64,000 bases of DNA from Oligoflexales bacterium (GTDB lineage Bacteria > Bdellovibrionota_B > Oligoflexia > Oligoflexales > Bog-1112), in the NCBI GenBank assembly GCA_045106415.1, contig JBGCEP010000035.1:1-64000 (forward strand), given 5' to 3'. The notes beneath the pieces are model-generated. The model was not told the DNA's origin and did not search any database. It worked only from the letters and a program-made list of their open reading frames with translations. Below, in pieces: positions 13,027 to 23,250 of this stretch. The translations under genes were made by a program, and so were the position numbers. Position 1 is the stretch's first letter. Each line of letters begins with the position of its first letter.

Positions 13027-14261
13027 AGGTTTTTTGGCTTGTGTAAGGTGCATGGCGAATCTCCAATTTTCTTATAAACAGTGTGACAGAAAAATTGCCC
13101 TCTGTGTTCAAAGCTCTGAAATTCGTCTTGGCTTGCGCAGCCTGGTGAGAAAAGAATGTTTTCATTCATGTCTTCTGCATGGAGGGCATCTTTTAGAGTG
13201 TTGTAGCAAAAAAGAGGGATATGACTTTGTTGGGAAAGTTGCGAAAAAAGTCGAGTATGTGCTTTGCCAAACAAAATTATTTTTTTGATATGAGTGTGTT
13301 CGGCAAGAAGACTAAAATCTTCTCCTTTATCAAGCCCTCCAATCCAGAGCACTAAAGGAACTTGTGTACTTTTCACAGCTTCGAGAGTGGATTCAAGGTT
13401 TGTTGATTTGCTGTCGTTGATAATATGATTTGCAGGAGGTTGAAGCCTTTCAAAACGGTGAGGCAGTGATGTGTAATCAGCCAGGCTATCTTCCCAGGTA
13501 TATTTTTTCCCAGAAATTAGCTGAGCTGCTAAAAGCGCCCATGCAGCATTTATCTGGTTGTGCTGTTCTGGAAAGCCTGGAGTGGGAGCCGGGCGGTGGA
13601 TGGATAGCTTGGGTGAAAGATGAGGAATCTCACCGACACTGGGTCCTAAAATCGCATGTTTTGTAGTGCTTTGAATGAGTCGTGATTTGAGGTCAAAATA
13701 ATGCTTCATTGTTTTGTGGCGCGCAAGGTGGTCTTCTGAAAATGTTGTCCAAATAGAGACTTCTGATGCAATCGGTCGAGAAAGTTCGAGTTGATAGGAC
13801 GACAGCTCTAGGATGAGGATGTCTGGATGTGGTTTTTCAGCAAGCAATCCACATGGAGAAAGTCCTATATTTCCAGCTGCTTTTGCGAAAAAATCTTTTT
13901 TTAAGATGTGTTCGAGCATATCGACTGTACTGGATTTTCCATTGGTACCAGTGACACCTATGATACGGCCATGAAAATGTTGTAGAGCAAGATCAATTTC
14001 ACTGAGAACAGGAATATGACGCTTTTGTGATTGTAAAATAAGAGGGTGGTTGATGGGCACACTTGGACTGAGGATTAAGGTTTCAGCGTCTTCTGGAAGG
14101 AGCTGAGGCTCTTCAAAGCAATCCACGGGTACTCTTTTGAGAAAGGCTGTGTCTTTTGGTGGTGTTCTAGACAATATTTTAATGTTTTTATGCCCTTGAG
14201 AGGAAAGAAGCTTTGCTGCCCCTATCCCAGAAATACCTGCGCCGAGGATATATAAAGTCAT
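13023..14261 (-). CDS. murD: UDP-N-acetylmuramoyl-L-alanine--D-glutamate ligase
   Basis: ILGAGISG, GVTGTNGKSS, ELSSYQLE, NDSKSTN, FSPGCASQDEF. Confidence 0.95.
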   Translation of the reverse strand: MTLYILGAGISGIGAAKLLSSQGHKNIKILSRTPPKDTAFLKRVPVDCFEEPQLLPEDAETLILSPSVPINHPLILQSQKRHIPVLSEIDLALQHFHGRIIGVTGTNGKSSTVDMLEHILKKDFFAKAAGNIGLSPCGLLAEKPHPDILILELSSYQLELSRPIASEVSIWTTFSEDHLARHKTMKHYFDLKSRLIQSTTKHAILGPSVGEIPHLSPKLSIHRPAPTPGFPEQHNQINAAWALLAAQLISGKKYTWEDSLADYTSLPHRFERLQPPANHIINDSKSTNLESTLEAVKSTQVPLVLWIGGLDKGEDFSLLAEHTHIKKIILFGKAHTRLFSQLSQQSHIPLFCYNTLKDALHAEDMNENILFSPGCASQDEFQSFEHRGQFFCHTVYKKIGDSPCTLHKPKNL

Positions 14262-14265
14262 GAAT

Positions 14266-15342
14266 TTACCGAATTTTAAGGCTAAGAAGACCAATGATAC
14301 TTAGAACGATTGAGATAATCCAAAAGCGAACAATAACCTTAGGCTCAGCCCATCCTTTTAATTCAAAATGATGGTGGAGGGGAGCCATGCGGAAAATGCG
14401 GTTGCCTGTGAGCTTGAAAGAAGCAACTTGAGTGATGACGGACACAGCCTCTGCCACAAAAATGCCACCGATGATAGCGAGTAGAATTTCATGTCGTGAA
14501 AAGATGGCAAGAGCCCCAAGCCCAGCACCCAGTGGGAGAGACCCAATGTCCCCCATAAAGACTTGTGCAGGGTAGGTGTTGTACCAAAGAAAGCCCATTC
14601 CAGCACCAACGATGGCTGCTGCGAAAATAGCAAGTTCTCCGGCTCCAGGAACGTACGGGAACTGGAGGTACTCAGCAATGACTGAGTGCCCTGATACATA
14701 CGATAAGACTGCATAGCAAGCAGCGCTAATCATGACGGGGCCAATAGCAAGTCCATCTAAACCGTCAGTGAGGTTTACAGCATTGCTTGTACCCACAACA
14801 ATAAAAACGCTTAAAGGAATCCACCAAGTGCCAAGCGGCAAGGTGAGGTCTTTGAAAAAAGGAATGGAAAGATTTCCTGTATTTTCTGTAAAGTAAAAAT
14901 GTATTGTGCATGCAAATGTCGCACAAATAATCATCCAGAGCATTTTACCGCGAGCAGAAACACCTTTTGTATTTTTTTTGGTTATTTTTGAATAATCATC
15001 TAAAAAACCTAAAAATCCAAAACTTCCGAAAAGAAAAACTGTGCACCACATGGTGATCTCTGTCCAATCCATCCAAAGTAACGTTGGGACGAGCACAGCG
15101 AATAAAATAAGAGCCCCTCCCATGGTGGGCGTGCCGGCTTTTGATAGGTGAGATTGAGGGCCATCTTGTCGAATCACTTGGCCGAGTTGCTTGATTTGAA
15201 GTGTGCGTATGAGCCAAGGAGAAATCAAGAAAGATAAGAATAAGGAGCTAAGAAGTGCGATCATGCTCCGAAAAGTAATATATCGAGTTACGTTGAGTCC
15301 ACCGAGATCATCGACGAAAATTTGGCTTAAGTGGTAGAGCAT
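14266..15342 (-). CDS. mraY: Phospho-N-acetylmuramoyl-pentapeptide transferase
   Basis: KAGTPTMGG, NLTDGLDGL, FMGDIGS, MAPLHHHFE. Confidence 0.99.
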   Translation of the reverse strand: MLYHLSQIFVDDLGGLNVTRYITFRSMIALLSSLFLSFLISPWLIRTLQIKQLGQVIRQDGPQSHLSKAGTPTMGGALILFAVLVPTLLWMDWTEITMWCTVFLFGSFGFLGFLDDYSKITKKNTKGVSARGKMLWMIICATFACTIHFYFTENTGNLSIPFFKDLTLPLGTWWIPLSVFIVVGTSNAVNLTDGLDGLAIGPVMISAACYAVLSYVSGHSVIAEYLQFPYVPGAGELAIFAAAIVGAGMGFLWYNTYPAQVFMGDIGSLPLGAGLGALAIFSRHEILLAIIGGIFVAEAVSVITQVASFKLTGNRIFRMAPLHHHFELKGWAEPKVIVRFWIISIVLSIIGLLSLKIR

Positions 15343-16688
15343 GATGAATCCTTCATATAAGCATGGAGTCTGTTCAAAACGTTTTTGAGACCAATTCCAT
15401 TGGAAGCCTTTGCATACACTAAAGCATGCTTGGATAAAAGAGAGATGTCGACATTCTTTGCGCAGTCGACATGGATGTGGTTGATTTTTTTTGCAAGTTT
15501 GATGTTTTTTGTTAGTCGACCTACTGTGATGACTTGCTGTGGGTTGAGAGCGTTAATGTCTGCGGCAAGCTCTTGGTGCGCGAGAACTTCATCAGGCCCA
15601 AGTTCCGACATGTCCCCTAAAAGGAGGGTGAGTGGTTGGGGTAACCAGGAGTGGAGAGTTTTTAATCCTGCGCGCATACTTGCGGGACTAGCGTTATAGG
15701 TATCGTCAATGATCGTGTGTGTTTCTGTTTTTGTAATGTGAAACCGGCCTTCAACGCCCTGAAAATGAGCCAGCCCTTTTCGAACTTTTTCTAAGGGAAG
15801 TCCTGCAGCAATAGCTGTGGCGCATACTGCGGCAATATTATGGGACCATGCTTGATGGAAGATTGGGAGTTCGATGTCGAACAGGTCTAGGCTTCCGTAC
15901 ACACTCAATGAGACTTTAAGGCCATGCTGTTCTGTGCGTTTAAAGTTACAGATACGAACATCGCTGAGCAGATGTGTTCCAAATGTGATGACTTGAGCAT
16001 GGGTTGCTTTTGCTTTTTCAACAAGCTCTGCTTGATCCATGGGAACAATCGCAAACTTTGTTTTAGAGTGTTGAAAAATCTGAGATTTTGTACGAACAAG
16101 GTTGTCGTGAGAGCCGAAAATTTCAAGGTGTGAATCTGCGGCTCCTAAGCAAATGCCAATTTCAGCTTCAACAAAAGGAGTGAGAGCTCCAATATCATCC
16201 ACGTGGCGAGCCCCAATTTCAATGAGAACCGTACGATGGTCTTTGTTTATTTCTAAAAGAGTCTTTGGGACTCCAATTTCATTATTATTATTCTCTGATG
16301 TTTTGAGAACAGGTCCTGCTTCTTGAAAAGCGCAGGCTAACATTTCTCGTGTTGTAGTTTTTCCCACAGATCCTGTGAGTGCGATGCATGTTGCAGAACT
16401 TTGGCGGCGCCACGCCAGGGCGGCATTTTGGTAGCTTTGCAATGTGCTTTTAACCAAGACTCCTGTGGGATGCTGGATATCTTGTTCAGAAAAGTAGCCA
16501 CGGCACCCTTTTTGAATAGCTTCAGGTATAAGGGTGTGGCCGTCAAATTTTTTCCCCTTAAGTGGTAAAAACCACTGCCCAGGTCGCAAATTTCTTGTAT
16601 CTGTATTTAGCTCATGAGGTTGAGGGCAATTGAGATTAGGAGTGTCTTGTAATGTATTATCGTAGTCATGCCATGTTAATTTCATCAC
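15327..16688 (-). CDS. murF: UDP-N-acetylmuramoyl-tripeptide--D-alanyl-D-alanine ligase
   Basis: LTGSVGKTTT, NNEIGVP, DDTYNASP, LGDMSELG. Confidence 0.96.
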   Translation of the reverse strand: MMKLTWHDYDNTLQDTPNLNCPQPHELNTDTRNLRPGQWFLPLKGKKFDGHTLIPEAIQKGCRGYFSEQDIQHPTGVLVKSTLQSYQNAALAWRRQSSATCIALTGSVGKTTTREMLACAFQEAGPVLKTSENNNNEIGVPKTLLEINKDHRTVLIEIGARHVDDIGALTPFVEAEIGICLGAADSHLEIFGSHDNLVRTKSQIFQHSKTKFAIVPMDQAELVEKAKATHAQVITFGTHLLSDVRICNFKRTEQHGLKVSLSVYGSLDLFDIELPIFHQAWSHNIAAVCATAIAAGLPLEKVRKGLAHFQGVEGRFHITKTETHTIIDDTYNASPASMRAGLKTLHSWLPQPLTLLLGDMSELGPDEVLAHQELAADINALNPQQVITVGRLTKNIKLAKKINHIHVDCAKNVDISLLSKHALVYAKASNGIGLKNVLNRLHAYMKDSSCSTT

Positions 16689-18066
16689 GATCCTGCTTTT
16701 GTTGAAAATACGATTGAACTATCTTTACATCGTCAAAAGGTGTTCTGCTTCCATTCACTTCTTGGGTAGTTTCATGCCCTTTTCCAGCAAGAATCACGAT
16801 GTCGTTTTTATTTGCAGACTGCAAAGCAAAGTGAATAGCTGCTTTTCTATCTGAGATGCGAGTTATAGGTATTGAGCACCCTTTTTGGATATCATCAAGA
16901 ATACGATCTGGTGATTCACTGCGAGGATTATCGGAGGTCAGAACAGTGGTATCTGCGAGTCGTGTTGCGACTTCACCCATCAAGGCTCTTTTTTCTTGGT
17001 CACGATCTCCGCCGCAACCGAATAAAACGATGATTTTACCTGAAAGCTTTCTTGTAAAACTTTGCAGGGTTTGTTCAAGAGCGTCTGGTGTGTGTGCGTA
17101 ATCTATAAAAACATCGGGACAGTGATGTGCTTTTTGCATGCGCCCTGGGATTGTTGAGCCGTGCCACATTTCAGAGGGTAATATGACGCCAGCAAAAGAA
17201 GCAAGTAGCCAAGCTGCTGCAAAATTTTGCTCAGCAAAAACACCCAGCCATGGGATGTGTGCTTTCCCTTCAAAAAAAGAGCATGAGAGCTGAAGACTTT
17301 CATCATGATGACTAAGGTGAAGGTCTGAAGATTTGTCATAGCCATATGTGACAGCGTGAGGGAGTGTTCTATTCAGTTTTTCAAAAAGAGCAACGTGTTT
17401 TGCTTCTTTTACAAAACTCCATTTTGTGTTCCAGTAATTTTCCATTGTTTCATGGTAGTCGAGGTGATCTTGAGAAAAACTTGTGAAAGCACACCCTGTA
17501 AAGGACAGTGGGATGAGTTTTTTTTGAGCGATACTGTGAGAGGATACTTCCATGACAACGATAGCTTGCTGTTCATAAGCTCTTTGAAGCAAAGGAAATA
17601 AGACATCAGGGTCAGGAGTTGTGTGGATAAGAGGCTCTCTGGTGTGCTCATCAAAAAAAGCACCGAGAGTTCCTATGGTAAGGACCTTGCGACCTGCACT
17701 TCTTAGAAGAGCGCTCGCAATCCAAGCCGTACTTGTTTTGCCATTCGTACCGGTAATACCTAACAGAGTCAGTTTGCGATGTGTGTGTTGGTATGCCGCA
17801 GCACACAGCCATGTCCATGCACTACGGCCACAAGACACTTGAATGTCACAAGTGGGCGAAGAACCAATAACGAGCTGAGCTCCGTTTTTCCGAGCTTCAT
17901 TTTCGTATTGTGTCCAGGTGATAAAGATGTCGCCTGGTTTTACTTTCCGCGAATCAACTTGAATAGATCCTGATCCTTGCTGTAGGAGGTGTTCATTGTG
18001 TACAACTGGGTTGAGTAGCCCTTCATGCAAGGTCTTTAGAATTTGATCGTAAGCAATGTTATTCAC
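16666..18066 (-). CDS. murE: UDP-N-acetylmuramoyl-L-alanyl-D-glutamate--2,6-diaminopimelate ligase
   Basis: GITGTNGKTS, MEVSSH, DYAHTPDAL, DNPR (mDAP-specific motif), AGKGHE. Confidence 0.97.
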   Translation of the reverse strand: MNNIAYDQILKTLHEGLLNPVVHNEHLLQQGSGSIQVDSRKVKPGDIFITWTQYENEARKNGAQLVIGSSPTCDIQVSCGRSAWTWLCAAAYQHTHRKLTLLGITGTNGKTSTAWIASALLRSAGRKVLTIGTLGAFFDEHTREPLIHTTPDPDVLFPLLQRAYEQQAIVVMEVSSHSIAQKKLIPLSFTGCAFTSFSQDHLDYHETMENYWNTKWSFVKEAKHVALFEKLNRTLPHAVTYGYDKSSDLHLSHHDESLQLSCSFFEGKAHIPWLGVFAEQNFAAAWLLASFAGVILPSEMWHGSTIPGRMQKAHHCPDVFIDYAHTPDALEQTLQSFTRKLSGKIIVLFGCGGDRDQEKRALMGEVATRLADTTVLTSDNPRSESPDRILDDIQKGCSIPITRISDRKAAIHFALQSANKNDIVILAGKGHETTQEVNGSRTPFDDVKIVQSYFQQKQDRDEINMA

Positions 18067-19742
18067 GATTGAGAATCTCTTTGTGGTGCAACATTTAGGT
18101 AACGAAGGCTTTGCTCTACAATTTCAGCAAAAACTGGAGCAGCCCATACCCCGCCATAGTAAGGCTTTTTCGATGGTTCGTCGATCACAACATAAACGAC
18201 AATGTGGGGGTCAAGCGCTGGAGCAAAACCAGCAAAGCTGGCGATTCTTTTATTTTCTGAGTATTGACGAGTCTTGAGATCAAATTTTTCTGATGTGCCG
18301 GTTTTGCCTGCAACTTCGTAAGAGGGAGCTTGAGCTCTCTTGCCTGTGCCTCGTTTTACAACCTGATGGAGAGCTCTTCGAATTTGTAAAGCAGTGGCAG
18401 GGCTGACAACTGTTGTGTTGAGCCCTGGCAGGGTGGTTTGAGTGACTCCAGTGTGCGATGACTCAATTGATTTAACAAGACGAGGGGCAACGTATCGGCC
18501 CCCGTTCGCAAGAACGGCATATGCTGTGGCAATTTCTAGTCCTACAGTTGAGAGGCCTTGACCAAAGGCTATATTGGCAAGCTTGAGATCACTCCATGGT
18601 AGGTTCGGAGTTTTTCCGTGAGCCTCTTCAGGTAAGTGAAGACGAGAGTGACCAGAGAGGCCAAAGGCATTGAAGCCTGTTGTGAGAGAGTGAGCACCGA
18701 GACGATTTGCGATTTGGTAGATACCAATATTACTGGAATAAACCAGAACATCTTCGGCAGATAGGCTTGGGTAAGGGTGGTCGTCATGAATACGTCCTTT
18801 TTCTAGTGCGAGCCTACCGTTAAAACATTCAATTTGTTCGTTGATATCAACTTTTCTTTGTTCGAGGGCTTGCGCGAGAACGATGGGTTTTAAGACAGAC
18901 CCTGGTTCGTAGCGATCTGCTAAGGCATGATTACGCGTAGTGCTCCAGTTGATGTGCCGCCAATCGTTGGGATCGAAAGAGGGTTCGTTCGCAAGAGCTA
19001 GAATATTTCCTGTATGAGGGTCTAAGACAATTGCAAATCCACTTTTTGCTTTTGAGGCCTTGACACCCTTTTTGAGCGCTGTTTGAGAAATTTCCTGAAT
19101 CACTTGATCAAGTGTGAGATGGATATTGTGTCCTGGTACTTCTGGCGTTGCAAAAGCAGTACTTAAAAAGATTGGCTTTCCACGAGCGTCACGAGATCTC
19201 ATGATTTTCATGGGCTCTCCCCGGAGGTGGCTCTCATAAGAACTCTCTAATCCTAAGAGCCCTACATTGTCGATACCGACGTACCCAATGAGGTGGGGAG
19301 CAATGCCGTGGTTGGGGTAAAATCGAGAAGGTTCAATAATCTCAAAAACTCCAGGGATGTTGTAACTTTTTATTTTAGATGCGACAGTGTGAGAAACCTT
19401 TCTTTGTAACCATGCGAAATATTTTTCTTTTTTTGAAATTTTCCGTATTTTTCTTTTTGGAATTTTCAAAGCGCGAGCAAGAAGTGTGATATTTCGAGGG
19501 GTAGCGGAGAAAGTTTTTGGGTTCATTGCAATGGAGGGCGAGCGAATACTTATCGCTAGAGGGTTTTTCTTGTGATCAAAAACAGTGCCGCGATATGGAG
19601 CGAGTTCAATACGGGCTTCGTATTGACGATCTGCTAATGACGAGAGCGTGCTAGCCGGAGTCATATGAAGCCATACGGCACGAAATGCGAGTATAGAATA
19701 AACAAAGCAAGTTAGATAAATAGCTGTTTTGATAGGTCTCAA
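18063..19742 (-). CDS. ftsI: Peptidoglycan D,D-transpeptidase FtsI (PBP3)
   Basis: SxxK (GSVLK), SxN (SSN), KTG motifs; dcw position. Confidence 0.95.
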   Translation of the reverse strand: MRPIKTAIYLTCFVYSILAFRAVWLHMTPASTLSSLADRQYEARIELAPYRGTVFDHKKNPLAISIRSPSIAMNPKTFSATPRNITLLARALKIPKRKIRKISKKEKYFAWLQRKVSHTVASKIKSYNIPGVFEIIEPSRFYPNHGIAPHLIGYVGIDNVGLLGLESSYESHLRGEPMKIMRSRDARGKPIFLSTAFATPEVPGHNIHLTLDQVIQEISQTALKKGVKASKAKSGFAIVLDPHTGNILALANEPSFDPNDWRHINWSTTRNHALADRYEPGSVLKPIVLAQALEQRKVDINEQIECFNGRLALEKGRIHDDHPYPSLSAEDVLVYSSNIGIYQIANRLGAHSLTTGFNAFGLSGHSRLHLPEEAHGKTPNLPWSDLKLANIAFGQGLSTVGLEIATAYAVLANGGRYVAPRLVKSIESSHTGVTQTTLPGLNTTVVSPATALQIRRALHQVVKRGTGKRAQAPSYEVAGKTGTSEKFDLKTRQYSENKRIASFAGFAPALDPHIVVYVVIDEPSKKPYYGGVWAAPVFAEIVEQSLRYLNVAPQRDSQS

Positions 19743-19984
19743 AGTGCTTTCACCTCATTGTTTGTTTGTGCAAGTTTTGTAAGCGAGGTTCGAGAAGTGA
19801 TTTGTGCAAGTTTCGCGGTGAGCGAACTCCTAAGCTCTAAAAGTTGAGATTCATCAGATTTTAAACGCCCAATTTTATAACCTACGAGTGTTGTTTGTAC
19901 ACTGATGTGTACTTTTAAGAAGGCTAAGAGGAGTAAACAACAGGTACCAAAGACAAACACGAGCCTTTGTTTTTGGTTAGCCAT
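19739..19984 (-). CDS. ftsL: FtsL-like cell division protein
   Basis: 81 aa, TM helix plus leucine-zipper-like coiled coil, between rsmH and ftsI, GGAGG RBS. Confidence 0.7.
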   Translation of the reverse strand: MANQKQRLVFVFGTCCLLLLAFLKVHISVQTTLVGYKIGRLKSDESQLLELRSSLTAKLAQITSRTSLTKLAQTNNEVKAL

Positions 19985-20040
19985 AAATCCTCCGTATAAA
20001 GGTTCTCTATAGACTAACCTGCGTCACGGCAGGATCCAAG

Positions 20041-20988
20041 CTAGAGCTTAGGGAGTTTTTCGATGACACGAAGTTTAGCGCTACGTGCCCGAGGGTTTTC
20101 TTGAATCTCTTCATCAGGGGGGATGAGCGGAAATGGCTTTATAATTTTCCCCTCTGGTGCAAAGTCTTTACTGATTTGTGCTTGCGTCATTGGAAGGCCG
20201 CGTGGAAGTTTCGGAGTTGAGGACCATTTTTGGAATTGTTTCTTAATAATACGGTCTTCGAGTGAGTGAAATGTGATCATCGCCATTCTCCCTCCGGGTT
20301 TCAGTGCTGCCCAGGCTTGTTCAAGGAGTGTTTCGATTTCTGCTAATTCTTGGTTGATGTGAATGCGAAGAGCTTGAAAACAGCGAGTGGCAGGGTGTGT
20401 TCGGCTGTTGTAGTATCCTGATGCATTTGCGATAAAGTCAGCAAGTTGTTTTGTTCGAGTGAATGGAGCTTCAGCTTGTGATTTAAGAACGGCTTTTGCA
20501 ATTCTTAGGGCACGAGGCTCTTCGCCGTAAACTCTAAAAACACGAGCAAGATCAGAAACTCCAACACTTGCTAGGTATTCATCTGCACGTAAACCTGTAT
20601 CGCTCATCCTCATATCGAGTGGGCCATCATGAGAAAAAGAAAACCCTCGCTCACCCTGATCAATCTGTGGAGACGAAACGCCAAAGTCTGCACCAATGGC
20701 ATCTACTTGACCTACAAGGTCGAGGTTTTGCAGCTGCGCTGTAAGAGTTGAGAAGGGGGCTTCAATAAGTTCAGGCTTAAGAGAGCTCTCTGCGAAGCGG
20801 CCTTGAAGATGACGAATGGCTTGAGAATCACGATCAAAAGTGATCACGCGCCCGCTTTGATCAACTTGACTAAGCATAAGTGCGGTGTGACCACCTCCAC
20901 CACCTGTGCAGTCAACGGCGATCTGACCAGGCTTGAGTTGAAGACCTTGTACAAGTTGATTAGACAAAACAGTAATATGATGAAACAT
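20041..20988 (-). CDS. rsmH: 16S rRNA (C1402-N4)-methyltransferase
   Basis: DCTGGGGGH, DFGVSSPQID, GPLDMRM, FHSLEDR, NPRARSAKLR. Confidence 0.98.
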   Translation of the reverse strand: MFHHITVLSNQLVQGLQLKPGQIAVDCTGGGGGHTALMLSQVDQSGRVITFDRDSQAIRHLQGRFAESSLKPELIEAPFSTLTAQLQNLDLVGQVDAIGADFGVSSPQIDQGERGFSFSHDGPLDMRMSDTGLRADEYLASVGVSDLARVFRVYGEEPRALRIAKAVLKSQAEAPFTRTKQLADFIANASGYYNSRTHPATRCFQALRIHINQELAEIETLLEQAWAALKPGGRMAMITFHSLEDRIIKKQFQKWSSTPKLPRGLPMTQAQISKDFAPEGKIIKPFPLIPPDEEIQENPRARSAKLRVIEKLPKL

Positions 20989-21009
20989 GATTGGTGGTCG
21001 CTCCCGTAA

Positions 21010-21093
21010 ATACAGCTATCAGGGGGTTATTCCCGCTGTATAGGCGGATAAACATATATGCTTAGGCATAAAATGTCATGGGTGTTTCCGCCC
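21010..21093 (-). promoter_or_regulatory. Putative structured 5' leader of the dcw operon
   Basis: Adjacent nested stems (ATACAGC/GCTGTAT; GGCGG..AAACA/TGTTTCCGCC; TATGC/GCATA) directly upstream of the rsmH RBS. Confidence 0.35.
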
Positions 21094-21308
21094 TCTATTC
21101 ATGTTGTGGTGGATAAACAGAGACCTACCCTTTTCTAGTGATCTGATGTTTTCTGTTGTCAGAGCCCTGCCATTGCTGTGTTTGAGTTTTCTTGAGTTGT
21201 TCAGGAGAACTCTGCCCATTGGCTCACATGTCTTTTTTGTCCGATAGTTTAGAAAACAGTTGGATGTGCCGATTGTTTTATAGAACCAAACTTTTAAAGG
21301 GAGTTTTT

Positions 21309-22154
21309 ATGAGAGTAGGATGGCGGCATAAAGCCGTCGCATTAGCTCTTTCTCTGGGGTTTCTAGGTATAGGTTGTTCTGATGATCAGCAGAATCAAGA
21401 ACAAGAAGACTTAGAGGTGTCTCAAGAAGAGATTGATGGCGAGGGTGAGGTCACAGCTGAAGGAGAAGGAAACCTTTTTCCTGAGCAGCAAAATGACGGT
21501 TTAAATGGTTTTGAGGGGCTTGATAATGGAGTGATCCAGGAGCAAGCTTCACTTGACAACGGTTTTGGCGGTGAAGGTAATGCAAGTGAGGCAGTGGCTT
21601 CAGGAGCAGGGATGATGGTTCCCGTTATGGCTGAAGGAGGCTATGTTGGTGGTCCTGCCGGTCTTCCTGCTGCGCAGGGCTTGCCTGAGATGGGAACAAA
21701 GCTGCATTACGTGGTTGAGTCAGGAGATACTCTTTCAGGGATTGCTAAAAAGATTTTTGGCGATATGAAACGATATCCAGAACTTGCAAATTTGACTGGG
21801 ATTTCAAACCCAGAGCGTATTTATCCAGGTGACTTGATTTATTATCAATTGACTCCTGAGACAGTTGATTTTGCGTCAAACTATGAATCAAGAACTAGAG
21901 AAGAAATCACAGTTCAGCCGGGTGACACATTGGCATCTATCGCAGAACGTGTTTATGGAAATTCAGAATACTGGAAAAATATTTGGCGTGAAAACGACCG
22001 AGTTCAAGATCCAAATAACCTAGAAGCCGGAATGGTTCTGTATTATGTACCAGCAGGCAGCGCAGTCGCAACAGCGTCTATACAACAAACTGATGATGCA
22101 ATGTTGAGTGATGAGACAAGAAGAAAAATGAACGTAGAAGTCGGTTCAGTGTGA
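21309..22154 (+). CDS. Lipoprotein with two LysM peptidoglycan-binding domains
   Basis: Start at ATG 21309 (AAGGGAG RBS); lipobox-like LGIGC; LysM repeats HYVVESGDTLSGIA and ITVQPGDTLASIA. Confidence 0.85.
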   Translation: MRVGWRHKAVALALSLGFLGIGCSDDQQNQEQEDLEVSQEEIDGEGEVTAEGEGNLFPEQQNDGLNGFEGLDNGVIQEQASLDNGFGGEGNASEAVASGAGMMVPVMAEGGYVGGPAGLPAAQGLPEMGTKLHYVVESGDTLSGIAKKIFGDMKRYPELANLTGISNPERIYPGDLIYYQLTPETVDFASNYESRTREEITVQPGDTLASIAERVYGNSEYWKNIWRENDRVQDPNNLEAGMVLYYVPAGSAVATASIQQTDDAMLSDETRRKMNVEVGSV

Positions 22155-22293
22155 ACCATGTAAAGAAGTGGAGTTGTTCGTGAGAACAAAGAGTATCGAA
22201 GTGTTTAGAAAATGACGATAACGTGGCATGTTTTGAGATGTAGCGAGTTTGTTTGATTCCAACAGAAATAAACAAATACGCCAACAACACAAA

Positions 22294-23250
22294 CTAAAGC
22301 GCGATAGAGATATTTTGACAACGAATTTGATTGTCTATGCTTTCAGCATCTTTACAAAAGGTCTTCGGCAACAGAAGACTTTGAGAAACCGTAGAACCTG
22401 AGAGTTGGCACCCTGGATAGATAATGCTTCCGGGGCCGACAGTTCCATTAGTTTTCTTCAAGACATCTTTAGAAATATAGCTCGGGCCGTGTAAGGTGAG
22501 CGCATGAATATGCTCTGTTATACCTTTGGGCACGTGGTGCCATTCATTGCAGGAGTCATGGAATCTTAAAAAATGAGCTTTGTAGTAGTCTTGGGGGGTT
22601 CCTAGGTCTATCCAGCGGCCTTGGCTTGGTAGAGTGTTGATCTTTTTTCCAGCAACAAGCCATTGGTTGTATGTTGTTGCCAGTTCTTGTGTGCCGGCAG
22701 GGATGCTCTGAAGAGTGCGGTGGTTTAAAATTTGTGCACAAGCAAAACTGTGAGGTTGTGTCTGTTTAGGTTGTGAGCCACCAATCTTTATCAGAGTGTG
22801 ATCGTTTTGAACCCACAAAGGATTTGCACCAGCATGACTTGGGGAACGAGTGCTCATCAGAATGTCTGGTTTTTCTCTAGAGTAGTGTGCAATAAAATTT
22901 GTGAGAGGTTCTGAGTGATAAATATCACTATTGACGACAATAAGGTCAGATGTACCTCGCCACTCTGTCATCGGAGAAAAAGCGCCTAAGGTTCCGAGAA
23001 GCTTAGGCTCGTAAAAAACACTGACACCTTCTTGTTGGTCTGCCCAGAGTTTAAGTTTTTGCGAAAGGTGGTGTGTGTTTACTGCTATTTTTTCAACGCC
23101 AACTTCTCTGAGTTTTTGCAACGCAAGATCAATTAAGAAATGCTCACCGAGAGGTAAAAGTGGTTTGGGTGTTGTGTTTGTAAGTGGTGCCATGCGAGAG
23201 CCAAAACCTGCGGCTAAAATCACTCCTTTTAAAGGAAAAGAGTCAGGCAT
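22294..23250 (-). CDS. murU: Nucleotidyltransferase, MurU-like (MurNAc-1-P uridylyltransferase)
   Basis: ILAAGFGSRMAPLT..PKPL, VNTHH, WIDLGTP; overlaps an AmgK-like kinase gene. Confidence 0.75.
   Translation of the reverse strand: MPDSFPLKGVILAAGFGSRMAPLTNTTPKPLLPLGEHFLIDLALQKLREVGVEKIAVNTHHLSQKLKLWADQQEGVSVFYEPKLLGTLGAFSPMTEWRGTSDLIVVNSDIYHSEPLTNFIAHYSREKPDILMSTRSPSHAGANPLWVQNDHTLIKIGGSQPKQTQPHSFACAQILNHRTLQSIPAGTQELATTYNQWLVAGKKINTLPSQGRWIDLGTPQDYYKAHFLRFHDSCNEWHHVPKGITEHIHALTLHGPSYISKDVLKKTNGTVGPGSIIYPGCQLSGSTVSQSLLLPKTFCKDAESIDNQIRCQNISIAL

Noticed and set aside
20018..20033. Small hairpin CCTGC-N6-GCAGG between rsmH and ftsL
   Set aside because: Only 5 bp with no U-tract; too weak to call
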